Source: Cystobasidiomycetes sp. EMM_F5
Lineage: Eukaryota
Assembly (NCBI GenBank): GCA_051047955.1
Contig: JBPGPT010000036.1
Span: forward strand, 62,001-126,000
DNA length: 64,000 nt
Direction: 5' to 3'
The notes under the pieces are model-generated. The model did no database searches. It had not been told where the DNA came from and worked only from the letters and a program-made list of their open reading frames with translations. How positions within the stretch are numbered: position 1 is the stretch's first letter; each line of letters starts with the position of its first letter. The position numbers and the translations under genes were made by a program. Positions 24,727 to 35,723 of the stretch are shown here, piece by piece.

Positions 24727-26459
24727 TCACTGAGCGACAGCTACAGGCGGGGCCTCGGTCGCGCCTGGCACAGTGCTGAGCGTAATAGGATTCTCGGTAT
24801 ACCGCTGATTGAACGAGGTCACAACTGCCTCGTCATAGATCTGATTATCGCCCAATTGGTTTCCGAGCGTGATCCATCCCGGTCTGGCGTTGTGTTTCCT
24901 GCCAAACAATTCCAGTTTCCGATGTTTCCGTCCCGGAGCCAGTCTTTCTATGAGATCGTAAATCTCGTCTGGCTTCCTTGACGTCTCGCGAACTTCGGAG
25001 ACAATGACATCCGTGTCGACACCCCGATTTGCCCAAGTGAGAGCTCCGTCGACGCATGTTGATGTGGGAGCGGGCTGTACAGGCCTCTTGAAGGCAACGA
25101 TGCAGTGTTCTGCAGGTGCTAATAATTAGGTCGGGACTTGCTACGGTCGGGACTGGACTTACCTTTGGAATGGTTAAGCCAGTGACCTGTGCGGCCTGTG
25201 CGTATTAAGCGCCCAAGTTGGTTCGTCTTGATCCAGACAATTTCATCAAGCGCTTGATAACTGTCGGTTCAAAATTAGGCGTCGTATACGCTACTGATGA
25301 TGTCTGCCTCGACATACCCCCACACTTTCAGGCATTCCCTTCCAAGTTCAGTCTGTTTGGCTGCAGTCAGCTTCATGGTCTTTCGAAAGGACTGAAAGGA
25401 CAAAGCTCATACCGCTCGCCCGGTGACCCAGAGAAAGAGAAGTCCGCCATCGTCTTGCAGCTGTGCCAGTGGCATTGCTTTCATTTCGTCATCGGTCATG
25501 GTCCCGTACGGAAGAGTCATACTGGACAACCCAATGAGCATGCTACATCTGATGCGTATGAACTCTGTCTCACTGAACTACGAGCAGTCCTTATATCAGC
25601 TTGACCTCCTGCAGTGCGTCTCTGACGCTACTCACTGTCCCAGGGTGGATCTGCCATGATGACTGCAAACTTGCCCAGAACAGTCACGTCGAGCTTGCGC
25701 AAATCACAATGCAGCCATTGAGGCGGTAGCAGCGGATCTTTTCGCGATTTGTCGGCGTCCGCCAACTTGTGTTGCAAGATTGCATTTCTTTCCTCCTTGA
25801 ACCGCTTGGCTTGCTCGGGAGTAGGCGTTTCAATCTCATAATGCAGATACCTGCAGGAGTCTAGTCGGTGACACGTATTGAGGTAGCTGCAGTCTCCCAG
25901 CGATGACTCCGTCTGAGGGAACTGCCGCACAACAAAGTGCGCATGCGTGCAGGTTTCACCATTCGAGGAAGCTGCTGTGCACTTTTGCCGCGTGGTATGC
26001 GGACATACTGCGTAGAATGGGATGGATGGATCTTGAAACTGCGAGGGGTGCGAGATGGACGACGCATCAGTGAGTATGAATGAGCAAAGATCTGACATTG
26101 AGAGCTCACGCTCTCTCCCAATATCGTATCTTTGGCTGTCCGTCTTTCGAGCATCAGAGTGATGGCGTCGAGGGAGGTTGAGGGCTTTGGCGGGTCAGCA
26201 GAAGCATCCAAATCCTCAACGTCGGCAGACGGGTCTTTACTATCTTCTGTCTCGTCTTGTTTGTTTGTAGTCTTCGACACAGCTTGGCTATCTTGCTCTG
26301 GTCGGGGACTGCCACCGAGACTGATTACATCTTCCTCGTCGGACGACGTAGCCTTGCTGTGAGAGCATAGTCCGTCTCAGCTGGCGTCTTTACTGGCTGG
26401 CAGGTCTGGCCATATCGAGTATTCAGAATAGCCCACCCAGCTGCCAACGAGGCCGACAT
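24727..26459 (-). CDS. IME4: mRNA N6-adenosine methyltransferase catalytic subunit (METTL3/Ime4, MT-A70)
   Basis: Two CCCH fingers ([33 protein letters not shown]), the catalytic [32 protein letters not shown] and [13 protein letters not shown]. Confidence 0.93.
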
Positions 26460-26611
26460 GGAGCAATGCGATATCCCAGCGAGTCGCAAAGTATACTGCC
26501 CAGTCAGATGTCGATGAATGTATCCATTGACGGCGGTTGTAGCATTCAACAACGTTGTCAGAACTACAAGCCCTACAAGCGAGGTTCAAAGACCGGCGCA
26601 TCCGTCCATTT

Positions 26612-26660
26612 ATCCATCCATCCATCCATCCATCCATCCATCCATCCATCCATCCATCCA
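26612..26660. repeat. (ATCC)n tetranucleotide microsatellite, about 12 units
   Basis: Directly visible atccatccatcc... tract in the IME4/ALDH divergent intergenic region. Confidence 0.95.
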
Positions 26661-26938
26661 AGACTTCTATTGCCTCTTTCATTCTCTGATTGAGCATTTC
26701 TAATGCATCCATCAAGTCATCCTTTGCAGTCTGTTGCAAACGTTGCAAACATACACGCTCTCGGGAAGCACCATTGAGCCGGTTCCCGACGCCACTCCCG
26801 AATCCCGAATGAGGAGGCGGAGAGTCGCAGTAGCATTCCCCGACGACGACGACGACTGACCATCTGACTGACACTGACGGGGCTTGCACTTGTTGCTTAA
26901 TACTAACGTTCGAGGTCTTATTCCTGACCGCTCAAACT

Positions 26939-28807
26939 ATGGACTACGCTCACTATGCACGCTCGTTCGTCAACGGAGCTTTTGTGGAGAAGACGGCAAA
27001 GACGTTCAGCATCAGCAATCCAGCTACTGGCGAGAAGGTTGTCGATGTACAAGAAGCTGGTGCAGAAGGTCCGTGAAGGGATGGCCGGATCTGCCGCTGA
27101 CAATCTGGTAGTTGTTGCTCGAGCTGAGACATTCCGCCCACAGAGGTAGACAGTGCCGTAGCTGCCGCAGAGAAAGCTTTTCCTGCATGGGCAAGTCGTC
27201 TCACGATTCTAGCTGCACTTCTGGTCGCTGAACTAGCCGTTTTCGACAGTCCGAGCGACCCCCGCACGAACGAGCCGCACACCTACGCAAGCTCGCCAGC
27301 TTGATGGGTAGGTAGCATACTCACGCCGTTCCCCCAACAGCTGCTGATATGCCTGCATGATGCTAGAGGCCAATACCAAGAGACTTGCCGAGCTCGATTC
27401 GGTATGCATGGGAGTCCCTTTGGCAATGCACGGGAGAGCTGTGGGTATAGCCGCAAGCCACCTCACCCACTCTGCCAGTCTAGCCGAGACCTATTTGGGT
27501 GGTACCGCCTCCACAAGCCGTCCGGGCTTCGTCAACATGTCGTTGAAGGTCCCTTACGGCGTCGTCGCAGGTAATAGGCCGCCTGTCCGGGTCACGAAAC
27601 GTCTAAGCTAACGCAAGAATGCAGGCATTACCCCTTGGAATGTTCCCTGCATCGTGAGCAGAACTAAGATTGCCTTATAGGTCGCTAAAAATTCAGCTAT
27701 TCACTTGTACAGATGTTTACAGCAAAAGCTGGACCTGCTCTAGCTGCTGGTAACGTCATCATCATCAAGACATCCGAAAAGAGCCCTCTGAGCGGTTCAC
27801 TTATTGCCGAGCTGGCTGCCGAAGCAGGTTTCCCTCCCGGCGTTCTGCAGGTCATCACTGGTGGCGGCTTGGCCGGCAAATTGATTGCAGAGCATATGAG
27901 GATTAGAGCGATATCGTGAGTCGTTGAAAAGGGAGATTGTTGCAGTGTATACTGACGAGATGCCATGACCCATACAGCTTCACTGGCTCCACTCGAACTG
28001 GCAGAGCGATTCAGGAGGCTAGTGCTCGCTCAAACTTGAAGACTGTTCAGCTCGAGCTCGGCGGTAAGAGCCCTGCTGTGGTCTGCGAAGACGCCGATAT
28101 AGAGCAAGCCGTCAAAGCTTTGTCATTCTCATTGTGGAACAACAGCGGCCAGATCTGCATGGCTTCGACGCGCGTATATGTCCATGAGAAGATTCGTGAA
28201 GAATTCGTCTCGCAGTACAAGTCTGCTCTGCGAAACATTACAGGCGGCGATCCATCCAGTCCAAAGACCTTCATGGGACCGCTTGCTGACAGTATTCAGC
28301 ACAAAGCCGTGTCAAATTACATCGAGACTGGCCGTAAAGAAGGCAAAGTCCTGTTGGAAAGCAAAGCCAGCGAGAAGGGCTACTATGTCAACCCGATGAT
28401 ATTCTCGGACGTGGCGGACGATGCTACCATCAACAGAGAGGAAATCTTCGGCCCCGTCGTGGTAGTCCATACGTTTGCGGACGACGAAGAAGCCATCCGT
28501 CGGTCGAACAACTCTGAATACGGATTGTTCGCTTCAGTCTTTACGAAGAATGTGGATCGTGCGCTGAAGTTTGCCAAGCGTCTGGAAGCAGGGGTAAGTT
28601 TGGGCGCCTATGGCTCTTGAACAAAGTCAGCTGAACCGGGTTATCTCGCGCACGCAGAATGTTGCCGTCAACTGTAGTTCACCTATGGGAGACTCAAACT
28701 TCGAGTTTGGAGGGGTAAAACAGTCTGGTGTGGGACGCGAAGGTGGAGTGAAAGCACTGGAGCCGTGGCTCGAGACCAAGTCCGTGTACATTGCCGTCAG
28801 CAATTAG
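26939..28807 (+). CDS. NAD-dependent aldehyde dehydrogenase (ALDH1/2-like)
   Basis: SFVNGAFV..NPATGE, GITPWN, KTSEKSP, SFTGSTRTG, LELGGKSP, the catalytic GQICMAS, EEIFGPV and FGGVKQSGVGREGG. Confidence 0.95.
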
Positions 28808-28988
28808 GAAAGAGGTTTGGGATGTAGCAGATTGTCACAGTTTGCAATTGGACATTTACCTCAAATTGCTCTCGTGATGTACTGCCCCAGCCGGTTGTTC
28901 GTCGGAATCTGAAATGCTCAACAAGGCAGACTGCACTCACTCTTGCCATCCTTGTCCTAGAGTCCACTCTTCCTCCGCAGCCTGATCC

Positions 28989-31670
28989 ATGAACGATGAT
29001 GACCTGGCGCTGCTCGAGGGTCCTTCAGCGGCTGTCAAGATCCCGAAACTGATAGCCTGTGCTGAATGTCGGAAGCGGAAGGTAGGCGCAAGAAGCGATG
29101 CGACTACTAGCAAGCTTTGACGTCGCAAAGATGCCTACTAATGGAATGTACTGACTTGCTGACCATCAGCGCAAGGTTGGCTTGCATATACATGGCGGCT
29201 ATCGAAACTTGCTGATGTCCGGTCCAGTGCAACAAGCAAAATCCTTGCAGCGAATGCACAAGACGAGGTGTACCGCATCTATGCCAGCCAGACTTTCGGC
29301 GAGCGACGCCCAATTATGCGTCCGTCAATAGGGAACTCGGACGCGTCCGGCAGCGTCTGGCGGGACTGGAGGCCTTCATCGCTGCTCGGTTCCCTGAGTA
29401 CAAGGATAGTGAAGAAGCAGATGGGGAGAATGACGAAGAAATGCTTGCTCTGGATGGCTTGCAGCACCCAAATCCCGACAAACCAGAAACTCCGGGTAGT
29501 GCTCCTACAGCCAGCCCCATAATAGCAATATCGAGACTTCATAGTAATTCGAAAGACAATCCTCCATCAGATCCTGCCAACGATCTCTTTTCCGAGCAGA
29601 GCCTGGCTTTTGCAGAAGTTTTGGCCAGCTTTCAGGTGCGAATGGACCGCGTCTAAATCAGGCTTCGTACATTACTGAATTATCGATGTATGTGTGCAGG
29701 ATTTTGATATATTTCAAGGTGCAAGTACTATCGTCGGGCTTCCTACCCCTAGAAGCGACCGTTTATTTCCGTCTATACGGCAGCCTCATGCCTCAGTCAA
29801 AACTAATCCCTGGTCGCAGCAACTCATCGCACATTTGCTGACCACGCTGCCTCCGCTGAATATGATTAGGAGCATGTCCCAGTTCTTTTTCGATCATGCC
29901 AGCCGGATTGTGCACGGAGTGATGTCGCGCCAATTCTTTGCCGAGATTGGGGAGTTCGAAAGCATGCTGTCAATCGGTCAAGGTGTCGACGTTGATCCTG
30001 CATGGCTGGCTTTACTATTTGTTGTGAATTCAATTGTCTGTCCCCTACGTTGATATGATTGACATTCGACTGCAGGTGATGTCGATGGGCTTGGTCAGCG
30101 AATACGAAGCTCGGGGCAAAATATTTGGAGTCGGGGAACCGAACGAAATACTACATCTGGCAGAAAGGCTTGCAGAATGTTCAAAAGGCTCAATGGCGGC
30201 AGCGCAATGGACAGCTTTGCCGAATTTGCGGATCGTGCAGACCTTGACTGTATCAGCGTGGCTAGCGGGTCACCTCGACCCTTCTGCAAGCACGTTTGAG
30301 TACGAGGGAGATTGGCAAAGGACGCATGTCACGATCGCTTTGGCCCATTGTCGCGCCTTCGGGCTCGATAGACTCGGGACCTCGAAGGAAATAATGCCAA
30401 AACCCGATCCTGCACTCGGATCCAGCATCTCAGGCTTCAGGAGACAGATGGCGCTCCGTATCTGGCAGGATTACAAGTACTTGGAAAATCTCTCCGGTTG
30501 CTACTTAGTGGATCGAAAAGCGGCAGACACAGCGAGGCCAGCTCTTTGTAGGGACGAAGATCTCGCGTGGTCGCTTGACATTGAGGAGAGATCTTTCTTG
30601 CAAGAGCCCTTTTTGGTATACAAAGCGTTAAACTTTGACGTCGGAGACAACGTGTATGCATCACACGAGTTGAGAAAGCGGCAGCGATGCACTTTCGCAG
30701 AGGCCGAGCACCTTGCTAGGCAGCTGGAACATATTTCGCAAGCTCGAATCCAAGATATACAAAATCTGCCGCATTTAGTGGCGCCCGAAAATCTTGGTAG
30801 CACAGCTGGTACGGAGGTTTACAGAGAAATTGGCCTTGTCTAATCGCTTTTGTTCATATCAAGCTTTCTGCGATTTCGTGCGGATGAATCAGTTCGGCGG
30901 CACGCTTCGAATCTATCGCGCTGCGTTGTAGTAAGTCTGCCGCGACGAAACACAACCTTGTGCGTCAGCTGATGCAGCTGAGCAGCCGGTGTCGGGATGT
31001 ACCGAACGACGCAAGAAAATGCGAATCCGAAGCCAAGAAAGCCGCTGTAGACACCGTAGCGTGTCTGACCTCTGCGCATGGACCTCATATTTCCCGTGTC
31101 ATGCCTTTGGCGGTATCCTTTCTGCTGAATGCATGTGTCTTGTTGCTGACCGGTATGTTCATCATCATCATGTCGATGACAAACACTCACGTCTGTTCAG
31201 CTCTTCGCCGGGAAAAGGACCCCTCGACAATCCGAATGTGGCTAGAACTGCTCAAAAGTGCTCATAACCTCTTCGGAGATGTGGCCAGCACGTCGCGTAG
31301 TCGGCCTATTGTTGCAAAATCGCGCAAGGCTGCGCAAGTAGTTGCAAATTTTGCACAGCGGCTGTTCGTGCTGGAAGCCGTCGCTGGCGGTTCCTTGAGC
31401 GCGTATCAAACAGACCTGCTTGTGCTGACCCAGGAACAGCAGCAGGATATCTCGCCTGGCGGGACTAGCAGGCCAAGCTTGGGTGCGGATCCGAGTCTGT
31501 TTCCAACAGCGCCATCATCGCCTCTGCTGCCGCAAGCTTTACTGGATCAGCTCATAACGCATCAAGCGGATGGACCTGTCCTTTTCGATGACTTCGATCC
31601 GTTCACTATGAACGGCGATCCGAATTTCGGTACCTACATCGACTACGGGCTTGACTTCAGCACATTTTGA
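28989..31670 (+). CDS. Zn2Cys6 binuclear cluster transcription factor
   Basis: Spliced CAECRKRK|RK|CNKQNPCSECTRRGVPHLC. Followed by a coiled coil (LGRVRQRLAGLE), a middle-homology-like region (DPAWLALLF; CRAFGLDRLG) and an acidic C-terminus. Confidence 0.9.
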
Positions 31671-31781
31671 CCACGGTTGCTAGGGTTTATGATATGGACA
31701 CCTGTCATAAAACCTTCCACAATAATGGAACATATCCACATCTCTTGTCTACTGTATACGACACAACTCCACTGCAATATT

Positions 31782-33328
31782 TTACAAGTAGTGCTTCTCA
31801 TTTCCATTCAACTGCTCCGGGCTTTGCAATGGCATCAATCCCTCGCTTTGTTTGCCGCCGCCCTTGCTAGGAGCGCCGGTCAATTGCCTTTTCGTGCCCC
31901 GCATGAGCCAGTTGCTGATGCGCCACGCATAGCTGGAGCACACTAAGATGCCTCCAACGATGCCGGCCAGGCGGACCAAGAAATCCAACAGAGACACTGT
32001 CCTTTCGCTTATCGTGATTGACATCGGCTCCAGGTCGTATTTGAAGAAGATACCTGGCACACCGCGCCCGTGCTCCGTCGCCCGTGACATGTCTGTCACG
32101 CTGTACTGATTTGTATTGAGCCGTCTCCGGCCGGCGTCGACATACAACGTGGACACCACTGAGACGAAATATTGAAAGATATGGAAGGCTGCAAGAAAGG
32201 CTATCCAAGTCAGCAAGTCATGATGCTGGACTGACCATTGCTGCACGTACGCGAATCGGCTATCTCAACGCTATTATCGAGCGGTTGAGATATTCCCGGA
32301 AAGAAAGGGCCGAAGCTGAATTCGTGTACGACGTGGCTCAGATTCATCACTGGCAGGGACTTTTGTTTCAGCTAGCACGATAGACTTTTGAGTCTGGCGA
32401 CCTACAGTGGTGTTCGGTGTGCTCCCAGCTCATGTAGCCGTGACCCAACGTAGTCTACCGATGCTTGTTAATTACTATGTTCGTTTAGAAGCCTCGAAAA
32501 ACGGCCTCACCACATGAAGGTTCCCCGTAACTCTCTTTACGGTCATCGAGCCATATATCCGACAAGCTGGACCATCTTGCACGGGATGAACAGTCTTCTG
32601 AAATTGTCGTTTTCCTCTCGCCTCGCGGAGTATCTTTGAAGCAGCGGATCGGTCCAGGTCGGCGATATTCCTGAGCATTATTGTGCATGATGAGACTGTA
32701 AGCGCCTGGCACGTCAAGCCGACGTCGAGCACCTCACGCTATTCTGCGGGCATGGCCAATCTCGAAACTTGTCTGTTGAGGAGAAAATGCAAATTACGTA
32801 GGCTGCATCAGCATGTGCGTGTCATGGTAATGTGTACCGAGCGTGTAAGATAGCAGTCCTCACCCCGTCTTTCTTGAATTCTTCGGAAATATGTAATCTG
32901 TCGCCAACAGCATCGCGGACGTCAACAGAAAGGACTGCGATCCGGAAACGTAAATTACATGGTTAGCCCATCATGTTACATGTACCCCAACAGACAAAGG
33001 CCTCCTGAATTGCGAATTGCATCCAACCCAATCTTTTCGGGTACGGTATAAACTGACAATGACAGGGCATATTGACCGTCATGTCGACGTTGATTTGCAA
33101 GTCGTGTCCGATACCCTTGTCGACGGCAAAGGCGTACGTGGGCTCGCCATACAGGTATTCCTTGAGTTCGTACCAGACGAGTCCTGCAATGAGCAGCCCG
33201 AGCGCGACAGTCACAAATCCTCCGCGCGATGACCGCGTCTTGTAGGTCGGGAGGGTCTTTGGGAAGGCATCGAAGCTTGCGACTGCGCGATTGAGCTCCG
33301 TCGCCTTGAACCATTCCGACGACTCCAT
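31782..33328 (-). CDS. ERV41: ER-Golgi vesicle protein Erv41 (ERGIC2-like)
   Basis: SFDAFPK..SSRGG, LQINVDMTVNMPC, ACRIYGSMTVKRVTGNLH and PGIFFKYDLEPM..FLVRLAGIVGG. Confidence 0.9.
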
Positions 33329-33583
33329 GACCCCGATAATTTGTTGGCGACGTCGGGTCTTTCTTTCTCCTGCCGAAATATCAGAGCTCGCAGGTTTGGA
33401 CGATGTCCGGGCTCGACTATCGCGTAGCCTGCTATTGAATGAGCGTGTCCGAGGCAATGGCGCAGGCTGGCAGTCAGGTTTATGGATTGGTCAAGGTCAA
33501 GCAGGAAGGAGGTGGGCAACGGAGTCGAAATATACCAAGCTGTCGAAGACTTCACTGCAAGATTGACTGACACCGACTAACGT

Positions 33584-35338
33584 CTACACTGCAAATGCCG
33601 GAAACTTTCCATTGTGGCCGTGAAATGCAATGGCTCTTAGGTCGGTAAACTGCAAAACCCACAAGCCCGTCAGAAATGACCTTTCTATCGCGGCCTGGAT
33701 CGAGAGGACCCACCGAGTCGACATTGAATCTGTTGTACCCCGAAGCCCCGCCTAAGCCCGCATTGCCAAAGGTTGGCTCAACGTGAATCGTTGCTCCGTT
33801 GACCTGAACAGATCCTGCCTTGATTTGCGGAGCAAACTTCATTGCTTCATGCAGATTGGACGTCCAAAGACTGGCAATGAGGGAGTATTCAGAATCGTTG
33901 GCTAGTCGGATAGCCTCTTCCATGGTGTCGAATGGGGTGAGCGCTATGACTGGGCCAAAAGTCTCGCGAGGCCAGATAGACATCGATGTGGTCACATCGC
34001 CAAGTACCATAGGCTGAATGACCGTTTTGTAGTCGCCTTCCGGGGCTCCAGATGCAGCTCCGGTCAGAACTTTCGCTCCATCCTTGACTGCATCTGCAAT
34101 CTGCTTGGCGACGTTGGATGCTGCCTGTTGGGTGAACAGAGGTCCCTGGAAAGAGATGTGAGCACATATTGATGGGAGACTACAATGACACTCACGAGAG
34201 CAGCCGTGGCGCTTGGATCTCCAGCCTGAAGTTTTGAGACTCGGTCCGCAACAAGCTTGGAGAACCGCTCGTAGACCTCTCTTTGTACAAGGACACGTTC
34301 AGCTGACATACAAATCTGTAGAAACACTGTTAGCAGAGTGTCACGCCTGCTTCCAGGTGAAAGCTTACCTGCCCGCTGTGCATCATGGCAGAAAATACGC
34401 ATCCCCAAGCTGCAGCCTCGAGATTGTCTTCTGCCTGCTTCGAAATGATGTACGGAGCTTTCCCGCCAAGCTCCAGAACGCATTGCTTGAGATTGCGCCC
34501 ACATTCTGATGCAATGATTCGTCCCACTACATCTGATCCGGTGAAAGTGACGCGAGCCACTTCTCGCCTTCCGATAATATGCTTTGCGAGCTCTGGCGCG
34601 TCTTTTCGACTGAACGTCAGGAAGGCTATCGCTTCCTTTGGTAATCCTGCTTCGAGTAGAAGATCGACAATGAGACGTTGGCTTGCAGGTGAATATTCGG
34701 AGGCTTTCAGAATGACTGTATTGCCGCAGATTAAGGGGATAGCAATGCCGCGTAAGGCGAGATTTGGCGGACTGTTCCAGGGGGCCATCGAGAAAACGAC
34801 CTGTCACGAGTGTCAGCCTTGCCGACGCATTTCAGGAAGGTTGCGGTACTCACTCCGGCTGCCCTTCTCTGAACAATGTACATATCCACATCCGGCTTTT
34901 CGCTGCGATGTACTTCGCCTTTGATTGCGGAAGCTTGACTTGCTGCCTCACGTAAAAGATTGGCGCTGGCAATAATGTTCACATGTATCCATCCAGGAGC
35001 TGCCGCCGTTTCCGACGACATGCAGTTTCGTATCCGATCCGCGTACCGCTTCTCGGTCACAAGGTCTGCAGCTCTGAGGAATATTGCTCGCTTTGCGCTC
35101 GCAGGGACTTTCTCCCATTGTGGTTGAAATGCCGCCAGTCCGTCGACGGCATCGTTACAGTCCTGCAAGCTGGCAGAGGGGCACGTCCAAACGGTCTTGC
35201 CAGTCAATCTGGGTGGATCATCAGCACGTAGTACAGCTTTTATCGTTTTCGAGCTGCTCACGGGTTGACCACGTCAAAACGGCTGCTTCCTTCGAGTCTA
35301 TCGGCACCGGCCACGAACAAGGACGGGGTCGCGGACAT
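33584..35338 (-). CDS. Aromatic aldehyde dehydrogenase, vanillin/salicylaldehyde dehydrogenase type
   Basis: APWNSPPNLALRGIAIPLICGNTVILKASEYSP, FTGSDVVGRIIA, LELGGKAP, GQ|ICMSAER, ETFGPV, ANDSEY and VNGATIH. These match the VDH/SaliADH subfamily pattern. Confidence 0.88.
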
Positions 35339-35446
35339 TGCAGCAGTGGAGTCAAAGACTGATGTGAAGTCTGCGTTGAGGTTCTACTTCTCGCGTTACT
35401 CACTCCTACAAAAGCCAGTTCCACTGATCTCCTGCTTCGAGATCTT

Positions 35447-35512
35447 CGGCATCAGATATCCGAAAACTGGAAATGGGCCGGCTGAGTGTGCCTGGCGGCC
35501 TTTGGGAGTCCG
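35447..35512. promoter_or_regulatory. CGG-N10-CCG (35447-62) and CGG-N11-CCG (35496-512) putative Zn2Cys6 sites in the VDH/LSD divergent promoter
   Basis: CGGCATCAGATATCCG and (GG)CGGCCTTTGGGAGTCCG(CC). Confidence 0.5.
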
Positions 35513-35723
35513 CCAATCCGGCAAACTCGTGTACGCTCACTGGCAGTGCTTAGATTGAGCAAATGACCTGCTCTCCCCTAGAAAATAGCTAACGTATCCT
35601 CTGCACTTCAACCGAAAGCTCTTCTGTCTCATTCCGCTGAGATCCAGCTGACCCGGTTCAACGGGCCGCAAGCCGCCGATACTGACTTTCAGTCCCCTGC
35701 AATACTGCCTTGATTCCATCAAG

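Noticed and set aside
26377..26889. ORFs with GWMD/HPSI repeats
   Set aside because: They are translations of the (ATCC)n microsatellite in intergenic DNA.
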